Positions 13,599-29,836 of a stretch of 64,000 nucleotides of DNA are shown in pieces (position 1 is the stretch's first letter; every line of letters begins with the position of its first letter). This DNA comes from Eledone cirrhosa (taxonomy: Eukaryota). The notes below the pieces were generated by a model. That model saw nothing but the letters and a program-made list of their open reading frames with translations. It was not told the DNA's origin and did not search any database. Made by a program: the position numbers and the translations under genes. Location of the stretch: NCBI GenBank assembly GCA_964016885.1, contig OZ024743.1, positions 263,376,001 to 263,440,000 on the forward strand. The letters are read 5' to 3'.

Positions 13599-13888
13599 TT
13601 AGATGCCCCTAACAAAACTTTATATTTATCTGCAGACAAGCATATACATTAATGTGGGGATGTGTTTGTGAAAAAGTGAACTTATAAATGAATGTGTTTG
13701 TGTAGGTGTGTGTGCGTATGCGTGCCTGTCTCTTGGTGCGTGCGTGTGGGTGCGCTTATCTGTTGGTGCATGTGTGTGTGTGTGCCTGTCTGTCATTGTA
13801 TCAGTGGGTTTTTGTGTGTGTATGTGTGCCTGTCTGTCAGTGTGCTTGTTGATTCTTGTCTGTTTGTGTAAATGTGCCTGTCTGTTGG

Positions 13889-13926
<38 letters not shown>

Positions 13927-13963
13927 GATATACATATATATACATATATATATACACACACAT

Positions 13964-14058
<95 letters not shown>

Positions 14059-14291
14059 CATATATACATACATATATATATATGTGCATGTGTGTGTGTG
14101 TGCGTGTCTTTTATGTAGGTGATCAGTGAAAAACTCAAATGAGATGTATGAAAGTACAAGTTGCTTCTCAGATCGTTTCGATAACATTGATAAGTAACAT
14201 CATTCCATATTTATGCAGATAAAAAGAATTTGTCTCTCACACTTTGAATTACCCATGCTTGTAAATATTCAATCACACCTATTCGCATATA

Positions 14292-14371
<80 letters not shown>

Positions 14372-14392
14372 CATACATACAATCACACAAAC

Positions 14393-14440
<48 letters not shown>

Positions 14441-14479
14441 ATATATATATATATTAATATGTACGTGTTTGTGTGATTG

Positions 14480-14523
<44 letters not shown>

Positions 14524-14524
14524 C

Positions 14525-14589
<65 letters not shown>

Positions 14590-14685
14590 TAAATTAAATT
14601 AAATTAAGGGAGTCATGTCCGAGACATGCGCCATATCCACCGTAGAATAAGCTCAAAGATTCCAATGAATTGATCCGAGCATTTG

Positions 14686-15053
14686 ATATCAACTAGAAAT
14701 TGATTGTCATATATATATATTTAAAATAAACACATGAAACAATCACAGGGGATAATTTGTAAAGTGTGTAATCACACACAGCTAGGTAGGTAACTAATTA
14801 AAGTTTAACCAGAGCTTGAAATATTACCTTTTAAAAAAATGATTAATCCTCCTTGTATATATTTAATTAAAGAAATATATTTCACCATTAATCATTAATC
14901 ATATTTCTTTAATGAAATATATACAAGGAGGATTAATCAATTTTTAAAGGTAATATTTGAAGCTCTAGTTAAACTTTAATTAGTTACCTACCTAGCTATG
15001 TGTGATTACACAGTTTACAAGTTATCCCCTATGATTGTTTCATGTGTTTATTT

Positions 15054-15084
<31 letters not shown>

Positions 15085-15105
15085 CAATCAATTTCTAGTT
15101 GATAT
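14686..15105. repeat. Fold-back palindrome with ~195-bp diverged arms and a 22-nt spacer, next to (TA)n
   Basis: 14686-14878 is the reverse complement of 14901-15105, e.g. agctaggtaggtaactaattaaagtttaac / gttaaactttaattagttacctacctagct. Confidence 0.95.
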
Positions 15106-15585
15106 ATATATATACATATATACATTTATATATGTATTTATACGCACACACGCAGCCCCCACCTATATATATTAATGAAACTAGCCAGGTAAGGCCACAT
15201 TTTTCAGACTCAAGTTGTACTGTATATTTATATTATCATATATATTTATCAACTATTGTTATACATTATTAAATATTATCATACACCTGCGACAATGTTA
15301 TCGAGTTAAACGTTTCTAGCGCTTTGTAAGTTAGTTGAATGCTTATATATCCTACGTGTTTGTATTTATCGTTATTGTGGTTATAAACTATGTCTCTTAC
15401 ATTTGGTAGTTTTATTCATGGTGTCACACTTTCTTAATTTTGTGTTTAATCTGGAGGAAAATGTATAAAATTATTTTCGTTACATTGAGTGCTTTATAAC
15501 TGCCTCAAACAATTCGATTGGTATCTGCACTACTGCGACTACAACTTTGATTTATACCTATGTATATTATACCTCTGTACATTAT

Positions 15586-15660
<75 letters not shown>

Positions 15661-15664
<4 letters not shown>

Positions 15665-16352
15665 GAATAATCGAGTATCGAAAAATCGGCGCACGAGTTC
15701 ACGATAAACAAAATTCGATATGAGTGGCAGAGGGCTCCATAATTTAGATAAATCAGAGCTATAACTATCGTTAAAATACCGTCACACATAGAACAAGTCT
15801 ATAATCAACCGTACGATCGAAAAGTTGCGATCTGGAAGATTCGGGACACTCAGATAAAAAATCAATAAATCAATAAATCAAATGAATGTAAAAAGCATAC
15901 CCGGACCCGCTAGAAAGATGTTAAATCTAGCTTCTTGGGTTTCTGTAAATCCTTAAATTGTTCTCTATCAGCTCACATAAAAATATATAAGACTTCTAGA
16001 TACCAGTGGACAGGAAATTTACTTCTTCAACGAGCTTTGTCCAAACGAATGAAAAGGCATAACCCAAGCTAAATACGCACATGGAATTCGGCTAGGGAGA
16101 TAACCTCTATATCCGCGAAAAATATTCGGGAAAATGTGGAAATACACATATCGAATAAGAGTGCTGAATAGACATGTTAAAATAAACAGGAGCTATTCAT
16201 CATTTAATAGAATCGACAAAAAATGAACAATAAAATTAACTGGTCAATAGCTAGGTCTAGAGCTAAAAATAGTAGAATAATCGAGTATCGAAAAATCGGC
16301 GCACGAGTTCACGATAAACAAAATTCGATATGAGCGGCAGAGGGCTCCATAA
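15661..16352. mobile_element. Terminally redundant non-coding element (82-bp direct repeats 610 bp apart) abutting (TA)n
   Basis: 15661-15742 equals 16271-16352 with one mismatch. Confidence 0.8.
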
Positions 16353-16981
16353 ATATTTCATCTAGCGGATGTTTAACCCGAGATAGGTTGTGCTGAGAGC
16401 GGAAGTGTATATGAGCTGACTGGATTTTGCGCAATTGACGGTAATAAGGGAACCAACTCAAGTTAAACTGATACTGGGGAAAAAATGTTCGTTTGAGTTC
16501 ATTCCGGGTAAGATTTATCCTGGGTTTTTGTAGTTATGTAACATATTTCACAGCGTAGGGGCAGCGAATAAAAAATGAGCTTTGCCAGTCGATTTTTTCT
16601 ATTTGCTTTATACAAATGAGCATCTCCAACAAATGTTCATCAAGCACAATCTATATAAACTCTAGTCTATTTTCATATCCCTCCAGGTTGAAGGGAAGTC
16701 ACTGATGAAATATTAACAGCACTGTCTAGCATTTTTTATTATTACTGACACTGTGATGTGATCAAAATGAAAAATGTGTTTTTCATTACGAAAAACATGT
16801 TTCTTTGCTTTGATAGCGAGGCTACCAATGTGTTATTCTTATATAAGCATATAGTATATACATTCATATACACACCTAATATCATTAAACTCTGTTTTAG
16901 TGCTACTGCCAATTAAATCTCCCCCATCTCTCTCCCTCTCTCTCCCTATCTCTCTTCCCCTATCTATCCCCCTCTCTCTAT

Positions 16982-17067
<86 letters not shown>

Positions 17068-17119
17068 ATGAACATATATTTATGTTCATATATATATATA
17101 TGTATATATACACGTGTGC

Positions 17120-17188
<69 letters not shown>

Positions 17189-17889
17189 TGAGCTTTTTTT
17201 CATATATTCGTATGTAACACTTCCGACAGAATCTCCCCTTCACCAACTTATCATCTTCTGTGACAAGTAGAGCGTTTCCTTAAAACTGATGGGAGATAAT
17301 TCTTTGTCGAAAAATATTAACAAACAATATTTTAAAACTAATACAAATAACTACACATTTAAAAGAAATAAAAAAAATCCTTCGCCTCCCAAAGAAAAAC
17401 CCACAATAACATTAAAAAACCCTCAAACAAAACCAAAACAAAGACAAACAAACAATCCTAACAAAAATAAGAAACTTTGCCATCGATCTTTTTACAATAT
17501 AACGTTGAAATACTTGTACAATGATGGAAAAAGCAGATTAAATTGTCAAAATCTGAGTAAAATGAATATTTCATTGTAGTAAGGGGAGACGAGAGGATAG
17601 ATGCCAGAGTCGATAGAATGACTGACATTCAGCCGAAAGGTAGATACGCGAAGTCTTATTAATGGTGGCTGTGGTTGTGCTTGTGGTTAAGACACTTAAA
17701 TCTCAACGGATAAATCCACCTAGCTAAATGTTGCTGTTGTAGATGTTGCCGTTATTGTTCTTATCAAGTAGACATATGTTCAAAACAGTTTCAGCTGTGA
17801 CAATGATGACTCAACACTTCAACCGCCCCGGCATTGTGTGTCTAGAACAGTGATTCCTAGCCACTCATTTTCTAAAGTCTAAAGGTCTC

Positions 17890-18150
17890 CCACGACAGGA
17901 GGCTCATTAGGCCGGTACTTACCCCGATTTTCTTGGCGTTAAGCGACTATGAGTACAACACCCTTTCGTAGACAAGACGCCAATTCAATGCAGTGTTAAA
18001 CTCTCAGCTACAGCTGGTACTCTTTTTCAGCAACGTTAAATGAAGCCTTTTTGCTTAAGACACAACACAGAAACTGACCCAGGAATCAAACCCACGATAT
18101 TATGATCGTATATCCACCACCCTAATCACTAGGGCAAGCCCCTTCAGCCA
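17890..18150 (-). mobile_element. Degenerate tRNA-derived SINE, second (CORE-like) family
   Basis: Reverse complement has a tRNA-like head followed by tgtgttgtgtcttaagcaaaaag; related to 44250-44470. Confidence 0.55.
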
Positions 18151-18414
18151 TATTAGGAGTGACATAATTCAGAAAGAATGGTGATTATAAAATATTTTAC
18201 TTCTAAAACTATTTGATAAAATATAACGTGTTCTTAGATATATAATACAATATGCTTATAGGAGGCCAAACGGCAATAACACATTAAAAAAACCAATGCC
18301 CCCCTCCCCTCCAAGTAAATAAATAAATAAAACAAAATATGAAACAGAATCAAGTATACATACGAACATAGAAAAATTCCACATACAAGGTATATCCTCC
18401 TCTTTTACCCGTAC

Positions 18415-18690
18415 GTCTTGGCGGAGTCATACGGCGTTTCTTGTGCATTTTAAAAATCTGACAGAACCCATCTCCTTTCCACGACTCCAAGAGAAAGAGT
18501 GATAGAGTTAAAGTAAGAAAGAGATATAGTCGAGAAACGACCCTAGTATTGGACTAGTATTCTATCGACCTCAAAAGTATGAAACGCAAATTGACCTCGG
18601 TGGGATTTGAACTCAGAATGCAGAGAGCAGGAACGAATACATAAAAGCAGCATTCTACCCGATGTTCCAACGGCTCTGCTAATTCGCTGC
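18415..18690 (-). mobile_element. SINE variant with a different 3' tail
   Basis: SINE core plus the tail cgtttct...cagaacccatctcct, shared with 33320-33610. Confidence 0.65.
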
Positions 18691-19177
18691 TTCACAAGTC
18701 ATATAAAATGTGCATAAAATGTATATATTGACGTAAAATATTAATTGTATTACATTTTTTGAAATTTTTGGTAAATGTTAAGAGCGGCGGCTTATCTAGG
18801 TGGACATTATTGCATGTATATATCCATTTTATGTCGATAGTATATGATTTAATGGATTGTTGGCTGTTGTTTCGTTCAGGTGTAAACTACATAGACCAAG
18901 CTTATCTAACTGTCGAGAATAAATATATGCAACTTATGGAAAGCGTAGTCGCAAGAGATTGGAATCCAATCCAGTTGTAGATTAAATCTGTTGCAACCGC
19001 TCATCGCCACATAAATCCGATTTAAGCGGTGGGCTTGGGTGAAAAGATTAGCTTACAGCCTCATGCAGGAAAGTCACATGATTGTATTTGCGTGGTAAAA
19101 AGAAAATACAGGAACCCAGAAAAATATCCGATATATCAATGGGAAAATTAACAAACAAAAAGAGAACATTCATACAT

Positions 19178-19241
<64 letters not shown>

Positions 19242-19258
19242 ATATCTATATCTATCTA

Positions 19259-19409
<151 letters not shown>

Positions 19410-19796
19410 GTCCGACAATTCAACTCTTGGACATTAAAATGTCATGAATAATAGAAGTATTAATCCGATATCATTGAAGTAGTCTATTCATGTTCTTATA
19501 GCACTTCGTGCCTGTTTGGAAGTAATTTTCATTTTCAACTACTATCGAATAACTCTGAATAAAGGAAACAACAACAACAAGTAAATTAAATAAAAGAAAT
19601 GGTAAATAAAAAATAGCAACTCTTTCAGGAATGTCTTTTAGTGAAAGGTTTAAAGATAACTTAGTGAAATAGAACATATTGAGTGACAAGATCGTTTTTA
19701 GTGTATTTTAGTCGGAATTTCTTCAAAGAAATTTCCACATCGATCAAGTTATTTAACAGGAAAACACACACACATACACACACACACACACACACA

Positions 19797-19900
<104 letters not shown>

Positions 19901-22128
19901 ATGTGTGTGTATACACATATGCATATCTATATCTATGTACACACACACTCATACATATATACATACATACATACATACATATATAAATATGTATATATAT
20001 ATATATATATATATCGTTGAATGCACTTATCATCTAGAATAGCATGGCTTTAATGCCTACTTCGTAAATATGAAAAAAAAAAAGCCTTTGAAAACAGCCA
20101 TCTTTAAAAGCAAATTCAAAATTGTTGACAGAAAAATAATCAAGCACCCTCCTGGTGGTCTTTTTGGCTAACATCAAAGTGCAGTGTGATAACTAAGGTT
20201 TATAACATGTAGTTGCTCTCTAAATGTGCTATGTGAACCATCTTCAATCACGATCTATACCTAATATTGTCATTGTTACTATTCTTATTGATGATGTGAT
20301 TGTGTCTCCATGCGTAAGGCACTTAATTCTAAACGCCTGAGTACCTCGAAATTCAATAAGAACATATAATGATACTGAGCCGACAGAGAACCTCTAAGTA
20401 TTTTCTCGACCTGCTTGAAATAATAGCCAAATTTCCCCGTCTTACACTTTAGCTTCTGAAAATATTGTCTTAAAATAAGATGGAATGGTCTTTCATAATA
20501 ATACTCGATTACATTGATTTAAGGCTAAAAAATAAAGACATGTGATAAAATTGAAACGGACAACTTGATATTTGATTCGGAGGTTTGGGAACGAATATTG
20601 TACTTCGGTATTTTCCTTAAACTTGTTTATTTAAACACCAATTTGGGCTTAATTTCTTGAAATTATCTTCCTTTGATCATCAGAGTTATTAACAATGGCC
20701 AATGATCTATAATTTCCTCCTTAATCTGTGAGCTAAATCGCAATAAATTAAGAATTAATCATGTTCGGCTTTCAGTAAACGTTATTTTAACGTAATTGTC
20801 CATATTCATTCACTGCCACTGTGGAATAATGTTGTATTTCCATTTTTTAATCGTAATTATACAAATAACCTTCGATCAAAAATCTATTGAACACTTTATG
20901 TATATATTTTTTGCCTTTCTGTGATCGAAGTTGAAAAGGACACTGATGTGGTCAGGAAGTCAAAGTTGAGATCACAAAACATCTGTACATGGCTGTCCTT
21001 CACTCCTTATTGAGCGTTCAGATTCTCCTGTTATTTCAATCGTTTATTCATTGTAATTTTGTCGTAAAAGTATCTCCCTTTTAACCAGAGTTGCTAATGA
21101 CTGAGGTTGAGGTTTTGTTTTTCTCCTCTGTCTGATACTGTAATATTAAAACATATAGAATTAACTGCACCCTACTGTGTCTGCTGAATAGATTATGTTA
21201 ATAATTAGTGACTGATTATGTTAACTGGCAGGATCCGTTGGTGGATAAATGTTCTTATTCCTATTTTCAAACCTAAAATTTATATTCAGAACATGGTTTT
21301 TATTAGGTAATAGATTTCAATTATACCCTCAACTCGTTCCATTGTTAAACGGGAAGATGAATGATTGTTTACCTCGAGATTTGGACCAGTGTTTACTTCT
21401 TTAAATGGTAAGGTTAGGTTTACCGGCTATACTCTATAATAACAAAAGGTGAAAGAGGAATGTTTGGGTATGTAACAACAGAGAAAAGGGAATACAGCTT
21501 CTTCTTCTTCTTCTTCTTCTTCTTCTTCTTCTTCTTCTTCTTCTTCTTCTTGCTGTCATCCTAGGCCAGCGATCCCAAATTTAATATTTCATCAATAACT
21601 AATTTGGAAACGTCGTGCCAAACGTTCGAGAAATACACGAAATTACATATTTATGATCAAACAATCATGACATGTAGGTAAGAAAATTCGTTTAGAGTCT
21701 TTGACAAAAATTACGAAAAACAGAGTTGGTTGAATTATTAAACGGTTTGAGTTGTCAATGTGAAAGTGAAAGAAATAGCGATAATTTAACGAACGTGAGC
21801 CAAGGATTTATGCGAGTAAGAGATACGAGTAAGAACTAAGAGACTTGAGAGCTGTTTGGTCACTATCTTATTGGTCCTTTGGCGTGAATTTATGCACCGA
21901 ATTTAGTTGTTTTTGGAGAAGAAGCAAAAAAAAACAAACAGTGCTATCAATTTTACTACAGGCTCAAAACTTGAACACTTGTCATGAATAGCAGAATTAT
22001 AATTCATTAGGCGACCTTCATCTAATTGGGTGTCTACTAAATTCTAGTCAGAAGGTCAACTCAGGACTATATTAGAGGACACCTGCCCAAGGCACCGCGC
22101 AGCTGGACTGAAGCCAAAACCACGTATT

Positions 22129-23163
22129 TGTGAAGTGAACTTTTTATTTACAGTTATACATGCACAGTGGTCACATAGAGAGAATCAATGACACGATAAA
22201 CACGTGAAGGAGTTAAATCATTAGATTTGGTGAGATACCCTTTAGCGAATCAATAAGCGTTCTATAGAAAAGCTCTGAAAAACACTGTCCCTGTGCGGCT
22301 ATCTTCTAGTTTACGCAAAATATACTTAACGGACTTAAAGGATTACATTGTCCAATGTATACTTTCTTACCCTCTACCGTAGGGTGTAATTTGGGGCAGA
22401 AGCTCAAACATATTGGCTCGCAGTAGACTTGATTGTTGTTGTATAACTCCAGAATAACAGACATATGATGTATGGCTTTTCTGTCATTAGATTGAGGGTG
22501 TCGAATATAATCGTTATCTATGATAGCAAGATTCAATTTGAGGGAGATTTGGCTGTTATATTCATCAGATTGAGAGTTTATGTAGTATATCACACCGAGG
22601 CCTTCTGTGAGATGGCTAATATACTGCGTTGTGATGTATCAGTTACTTAATGGGATGTGTATGTGTAATAGCTGATGAGAGAAAGACTTTAGGTTATATA
22701 TACAAATGTTCTTATACGCGGTGAATTGGAGGAGTCGATAGAATGCCGGATAGAATGTTTGCAGTATTCGTTACGGTTCTTTGCGCTCTGAGTTCAAAAC
22801 CTGTCGAGGTCAACATTGCCTTTCACTATTTTGAGGTCGATAGGGAAAGTACCATTTCAGTACTTAAGTCGAATCTTCCACTATATCTCTTTCTTAACCG
22901 CCTCTCTATCCTTCTCTGGAAGAAATCGGCTGTTTCAAACTTGGAGAAGGGATGGGCTTTGCCAAACTTTTAAGGCCTAACACACACTATTTGTCACTAA
23001 GGCCTCTACGGCCCTATACAGATATTCGTTTAGCATCATTATTATAAGTGTATCTCACCAAATCTAATGATTTAACTCCTTCACATGTTTATCTCGTCAT
23101 TGATACTTTCTATGCGGTCACTGTGCATGTATAAATAACTGTAGATAAAAAGTGCACTTCACA
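22129..23163. repeat. ~110-bp inverted repeat pair about 810 bp apart
   Basis: 22129-22238 is the reverse complement of 23050-23163 (gtgaaggagttaaatcattagatttggtgagatac / gtatctcaccaaatctaatgatttaactccttcac). Confidence 0.9.
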
Positions 23164-23590
23164 CATACATGCCGACTATATATGCTCACTCCACTTTTCT
23201 CTTCACTGCTCTGTCTTACACCCTTATATTAACATACTTTTGCTCATAACTTCGTACTTACATGCACACACAGTCTTTTACTCACATATACACACACATT
23301 TCTTCTTAGCTTCGTACGGACATATAATAACACACGCACACACACACGCGCGCGCGCGCGCGCTTACGCACGTGCACTATTATAGCTCTTTTTACAAAAC
23401 GTTTTTTTTTCCATTTCAGGTTGACGCGCTCCATCATCCAATTTTCTAAAAAAATAAATCATACACAAAACGCCAGCACCAACAGTTTTGCAAGAGATGT
23501 CAACATGTATGGAGTTGTTATTTTTATCTAAAGACATTTTTTCCAATTCCAACCCGCCCGTCCCCTCAATCTATCTTATTTCTCATTCTT

Positions 23591-23626
23591 TCTTCTGATG
23601 AAGGACTAGCGTCCGAAACGTTAAGA
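23591..23626 (+). ncRNA. Minimal hammerhead ribozyme motif in a PLE-type 3' end followed by (CA)n
   Basis: tctt-CTGATGA-a-GGAC tagc GTCC-GAAA-CG-TT-aaga. A broken paralogue lies at ~29590-29680 (ttgatgaaggactaacgtcc). Confidence 0.8.
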
Positions 23627-23707
23627 CCTTCTGCCTGCTATATCAAGCGTTAACCTAATATATCCCTTCCATATACTGTACCGAATGTGTTATTATTTCT
23701 GTTTACC

Positions 23708-23830
<123 letters not shown>

Positions 23831-23922
23831 AGTAGAAGGGATATTTAATTTGTTGGAAATTCAATAAATATAAATGTTTATAACTGATTCATAGCACTCG
23901 ACAGCTTTCTGGAGTAAATATT

Positions 23923-24169
23923 CAATGATATTAAATAAATGGAAACTATATTTATAAAACCATATTTATTCTATTATATATATTTCAAGGGTACCAAAAA
24001 TTTGGTACGCTTTCATCAGATAAAATACTGTGTTTTATAAATTTTGACATAGCCAAGGAAACATACCTTATCAGTTGAATTTTCCATGGATAGTCTATGG
24101 TGCCCATGAAATATTATAATAGAATAAATATGGTTTTATAATATAGTTTCCATTTATTTAATATCATTG
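23923..24169. repeat. Inverted repeat element (~73-bp arms) built from HHR-bearing ends
   Basis: 23923-23996 is the reverse complement of 24098-24169. Confidence 0.9.
23967..24027 (-). ncRNA. Hammerhead ribozyme motif
   Basis: Minus strand: tattttat-CTGATGA-aagcgtaccaaa tt tttggtaccctt-GAAA-TATATA-TA-atagaata. 8-bp stem I, palindromic stem III. Confidence 0.85.
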
Positions 24170-24171
24170 CA

Positions 24172-24283
<112 letters not shown>

Positions 24284-26569
24284 GTATTGAAGTCGATATG
24301 ATCGACTAAATGAAGGCGGTCCCCAGCCTTGCCGCAGTTTAATGACTGAAACTAGTAAAATAAATAAAAAAGTCAAAGAATATTTTTTCAGTCATAACGT
24401 ATTTATAGTTACATTATTCAAAGTGTTCGCTCACTTTTTGAAATGATAAATTATAATTTGAGGAATATTATGTTGTAATTTCTAGCAGCTCGGGTGTACA
24501 TGTGGAGGCTTCATCGTTGGTTCGGGAAACCATCTTTTTTGAATTGTGATAAGAGCTGGAAAAATTAAAAAATTCAGTTTAAAACTTTGAAGTAGGCAGT
24601 TAGCAAGCTATCTTTCTAATTTGTGAAATGAGATATTTTCTCGTTGGAAATCTAATGATACTGAAGATGACAATAGAAATGTATTCCTAGATACACTGTG
24701 CCACGAAAATAATAAGATAAATGATTATGACCTCAATTTCTTTGATCACACGTCTGTTTGATCACAGTTGATCTGGAAGTCAAAACAACAACAACGACGA
24801 CGATGATGGTGAAGACAATTGCAGCAAAAAAAACAACAAACAAAAAAAAACGACAAAAAAACAATAAAAACAACGAGATTAACAGCAACAACAACAACAA
24901 TGACAGCACGAAATATTCTCCCAATACATTGCTTTGTTAGCCCCACACTTTGTTATTGTTGTTGTTATATCACTAGAACGAGCTGAATGCCATCAGAAGA
25001 ATTGTGCTTAAACATCATTAACATTTTGCATCAATTGAAATTGTAACGTCATAAAAAACACACATGAGATTTCGCCTTTTCTATTGCATGCCAATCTTTA
25101 TGTGCACCAAACCAAGTTAAGTATGGTTTCTTAATGACTACTAATTCAATATTTTATTTTTATACAATGTGCTTGACTGGTCTCTTTGCAACTAAACGAC
25201 AACGCGTAGTAGCATTTATATTATTCACTTCTTTCACCTTGATAGATTGGCAGACATTTTAGTTCGTCGGGTAAAATTCCTTGTGCTATTTATTCTGGCT
25301 CTTTACCTTTTGAGTTCAAATTGCGCCGAAGCCAACTATAGTCTTCGAGCTATCAGAGATGATAAAATCTAGTACTAAGGTCGATATAATCGGCTATTAC
25401 CTTTCCCCAAATTGCTGGCATTGTCTATAGGTAGGAAATCACTTTATTTTATCATTTTATCGCTTTCAGTCATTAGTTTGTGGCTATTCTGGAGCACCAC
25501 CTTAAAAACATTGATCAAAAGGAAAGTAGAAGTGAACGGGTGAGATTTGATCTCAGAACTTAAAGGGATGTAACATTTTTGTTGTCAGTTATACTCAAAT
25601 ATGATGTATGTGAAACATTTCACATGGTGTTTTTTGATTCCACTCAAAACCTTAAGTCACAACTAAAGTATTTTGATTAAATTTGCTTTGCATTCAATAA
25701 ATATTTTCTACCTGATTTAAGCCTATTCATGGCAGGATTACACACACTTTTCTTTCCATCTACCCTCCCAGAATTCTCAATTCTTTTCCAACCAACAGTT
25801 TATCCTTCTGCTGTATCATTAAAAGTTACGAGCATTTCCATTCAATGTTTGCAAATAGCTGCTTGATTTCTGACAGAAATATTTAAAAATTATGGGTATT
25901 GTTAAACAAACTGAAATTGTTTATTTCATACCATTTCATTTGATTTTGTATTTCTCACAGCAAAATTGTCAAAGACTAACAAGTCTTCATTTCTTCAATG
26001 TCAACAAAAACGCATTATGTTATTTTACTCTTTTGCTGGTTTCCTTTATTGAAATAAGCAATGTTAGGACACCTCCTTGAAGGTATATAGTCAATCATAT
26101 CGACCTCCAATGTTTATTTCAGACTGGTATATATTTTATCGATTCCATAAGAGTTGTTCTCGAGTGACGTGCCACGGATTTTTAAAAACGCAATTTAAGA
26201 CCTTAGAAAAGCAACATGAAAACAAACTTATTGTTCATTAACAATAATGTTTCTAGATTTTTTTACTTTAAACCTTAGTTTGTTTCTCAATTTTACAAAC
26301 GAAATAAATTAGTCATTTATAAAGATTTGATCTCTAGTGGGCTACGAAGTAAAACAAAATTGAGAATCATTGCTATATTTTAGCGAACATCAGTTTTTGA
26401 ACTGGTGGAGTATTATAAAACACACGAACTCAAACACACACACTTAGATATGAAGAAACACCCCCCCCCACACACTCATGCGCGCGGACTCACCTATACC
26501 ACACACACACACATGTACACACAAGTTCCTGATTCCACGGATGAATAAAGATAGCCGGAATGACATAGC

Positions 26570-28650
<2,081 letters not shown>

Positions 28651-28929
28651 GATAGCTAGGTGACCTGGATGTCAGTATAGGTAGATATATCAGTGGAAGA
28701 TCGGTTGATTGTTTCTGAAACTATTTAGATCTGAGGTTGAAACCTCCAAATTCTAATTCCTCTCCCGCAAACAAAGCTATTATTAATTTCTCTTAAGTTA
28801 ATTGTATATCTGAGTCCTACTAAAGATGTAGTATCAATAGTAGCATCAGCATTTGCATCAACATCATCATGAGAATAATAAGCATCAGCAGTAGCAGCAA
28901 CAGCATCATCATCACCATCAGCAACACCG

Positions 28930-28977
<48 letters not shown>

Positions 28978-29678
28978 AGTGATTTTTATTGCTATTGTTT
29001 ATACGTAGGTCAACCTTAATCGATCAGACCTACGATTGAAGGTTTTCCAGCTATGTCGAGCTTGGCTTTTCAGGGGCATTTAGAACTACATATTTCATAT
29101 AGTTCATTCCTTTGTTTAAGACTTTGGAGCTTGATTTATGGGAAATTCGATTGTTATTTCTAGTGATAACGTAAACTCGTTGGCTCAAGATAGATGCTTT
29201 AATCCACTGCTCGGTTGAACACCGTTAACAGGCTTTCGGGTGCCTTTAATTAATGTTCACTGCTTCAAGCATTCGAGTCAGATTTGCTCCATTTTCCACC
29301 ACTAGATTTAAATGCCTCCTTTTGCTAAACGAAAGTATTTGTGAATGGGATGGGATGGGGACACACACACACACGAGGAATTCAGTAGAAAATAATGACT
29401 TTTACTAATGCGAAAAAGGAGCTCAAGATAGCTGTCTATCTATCCATCTATTTATTGCTTCCCCTTCTTCTCTTCCCCTCTCCCCCCTCTCTCTCGGTCC
29501 CTGGTTCTCCCTCTATATAAGGTTTCTCTTGAATATCATTTTTTATTTCTTCCTCTTCTCACTCTCGTTTATATTTGTATTTCTTCATTTATTTCTCATT
29601 CTATCTTTTGATGAAGGACTAACGTCCTATATCTTCAGTGTACTGTATAGTTCTCCGTTGTTATCTGTTTACTTTTTG

Positions 29679-29753
<75 letters not shown>

Positions 29754-29794
29754 GTATATATGTACATATATATATATATGTACATGTGTATGTG

Positions 29795-29836
<42 letters not shown>

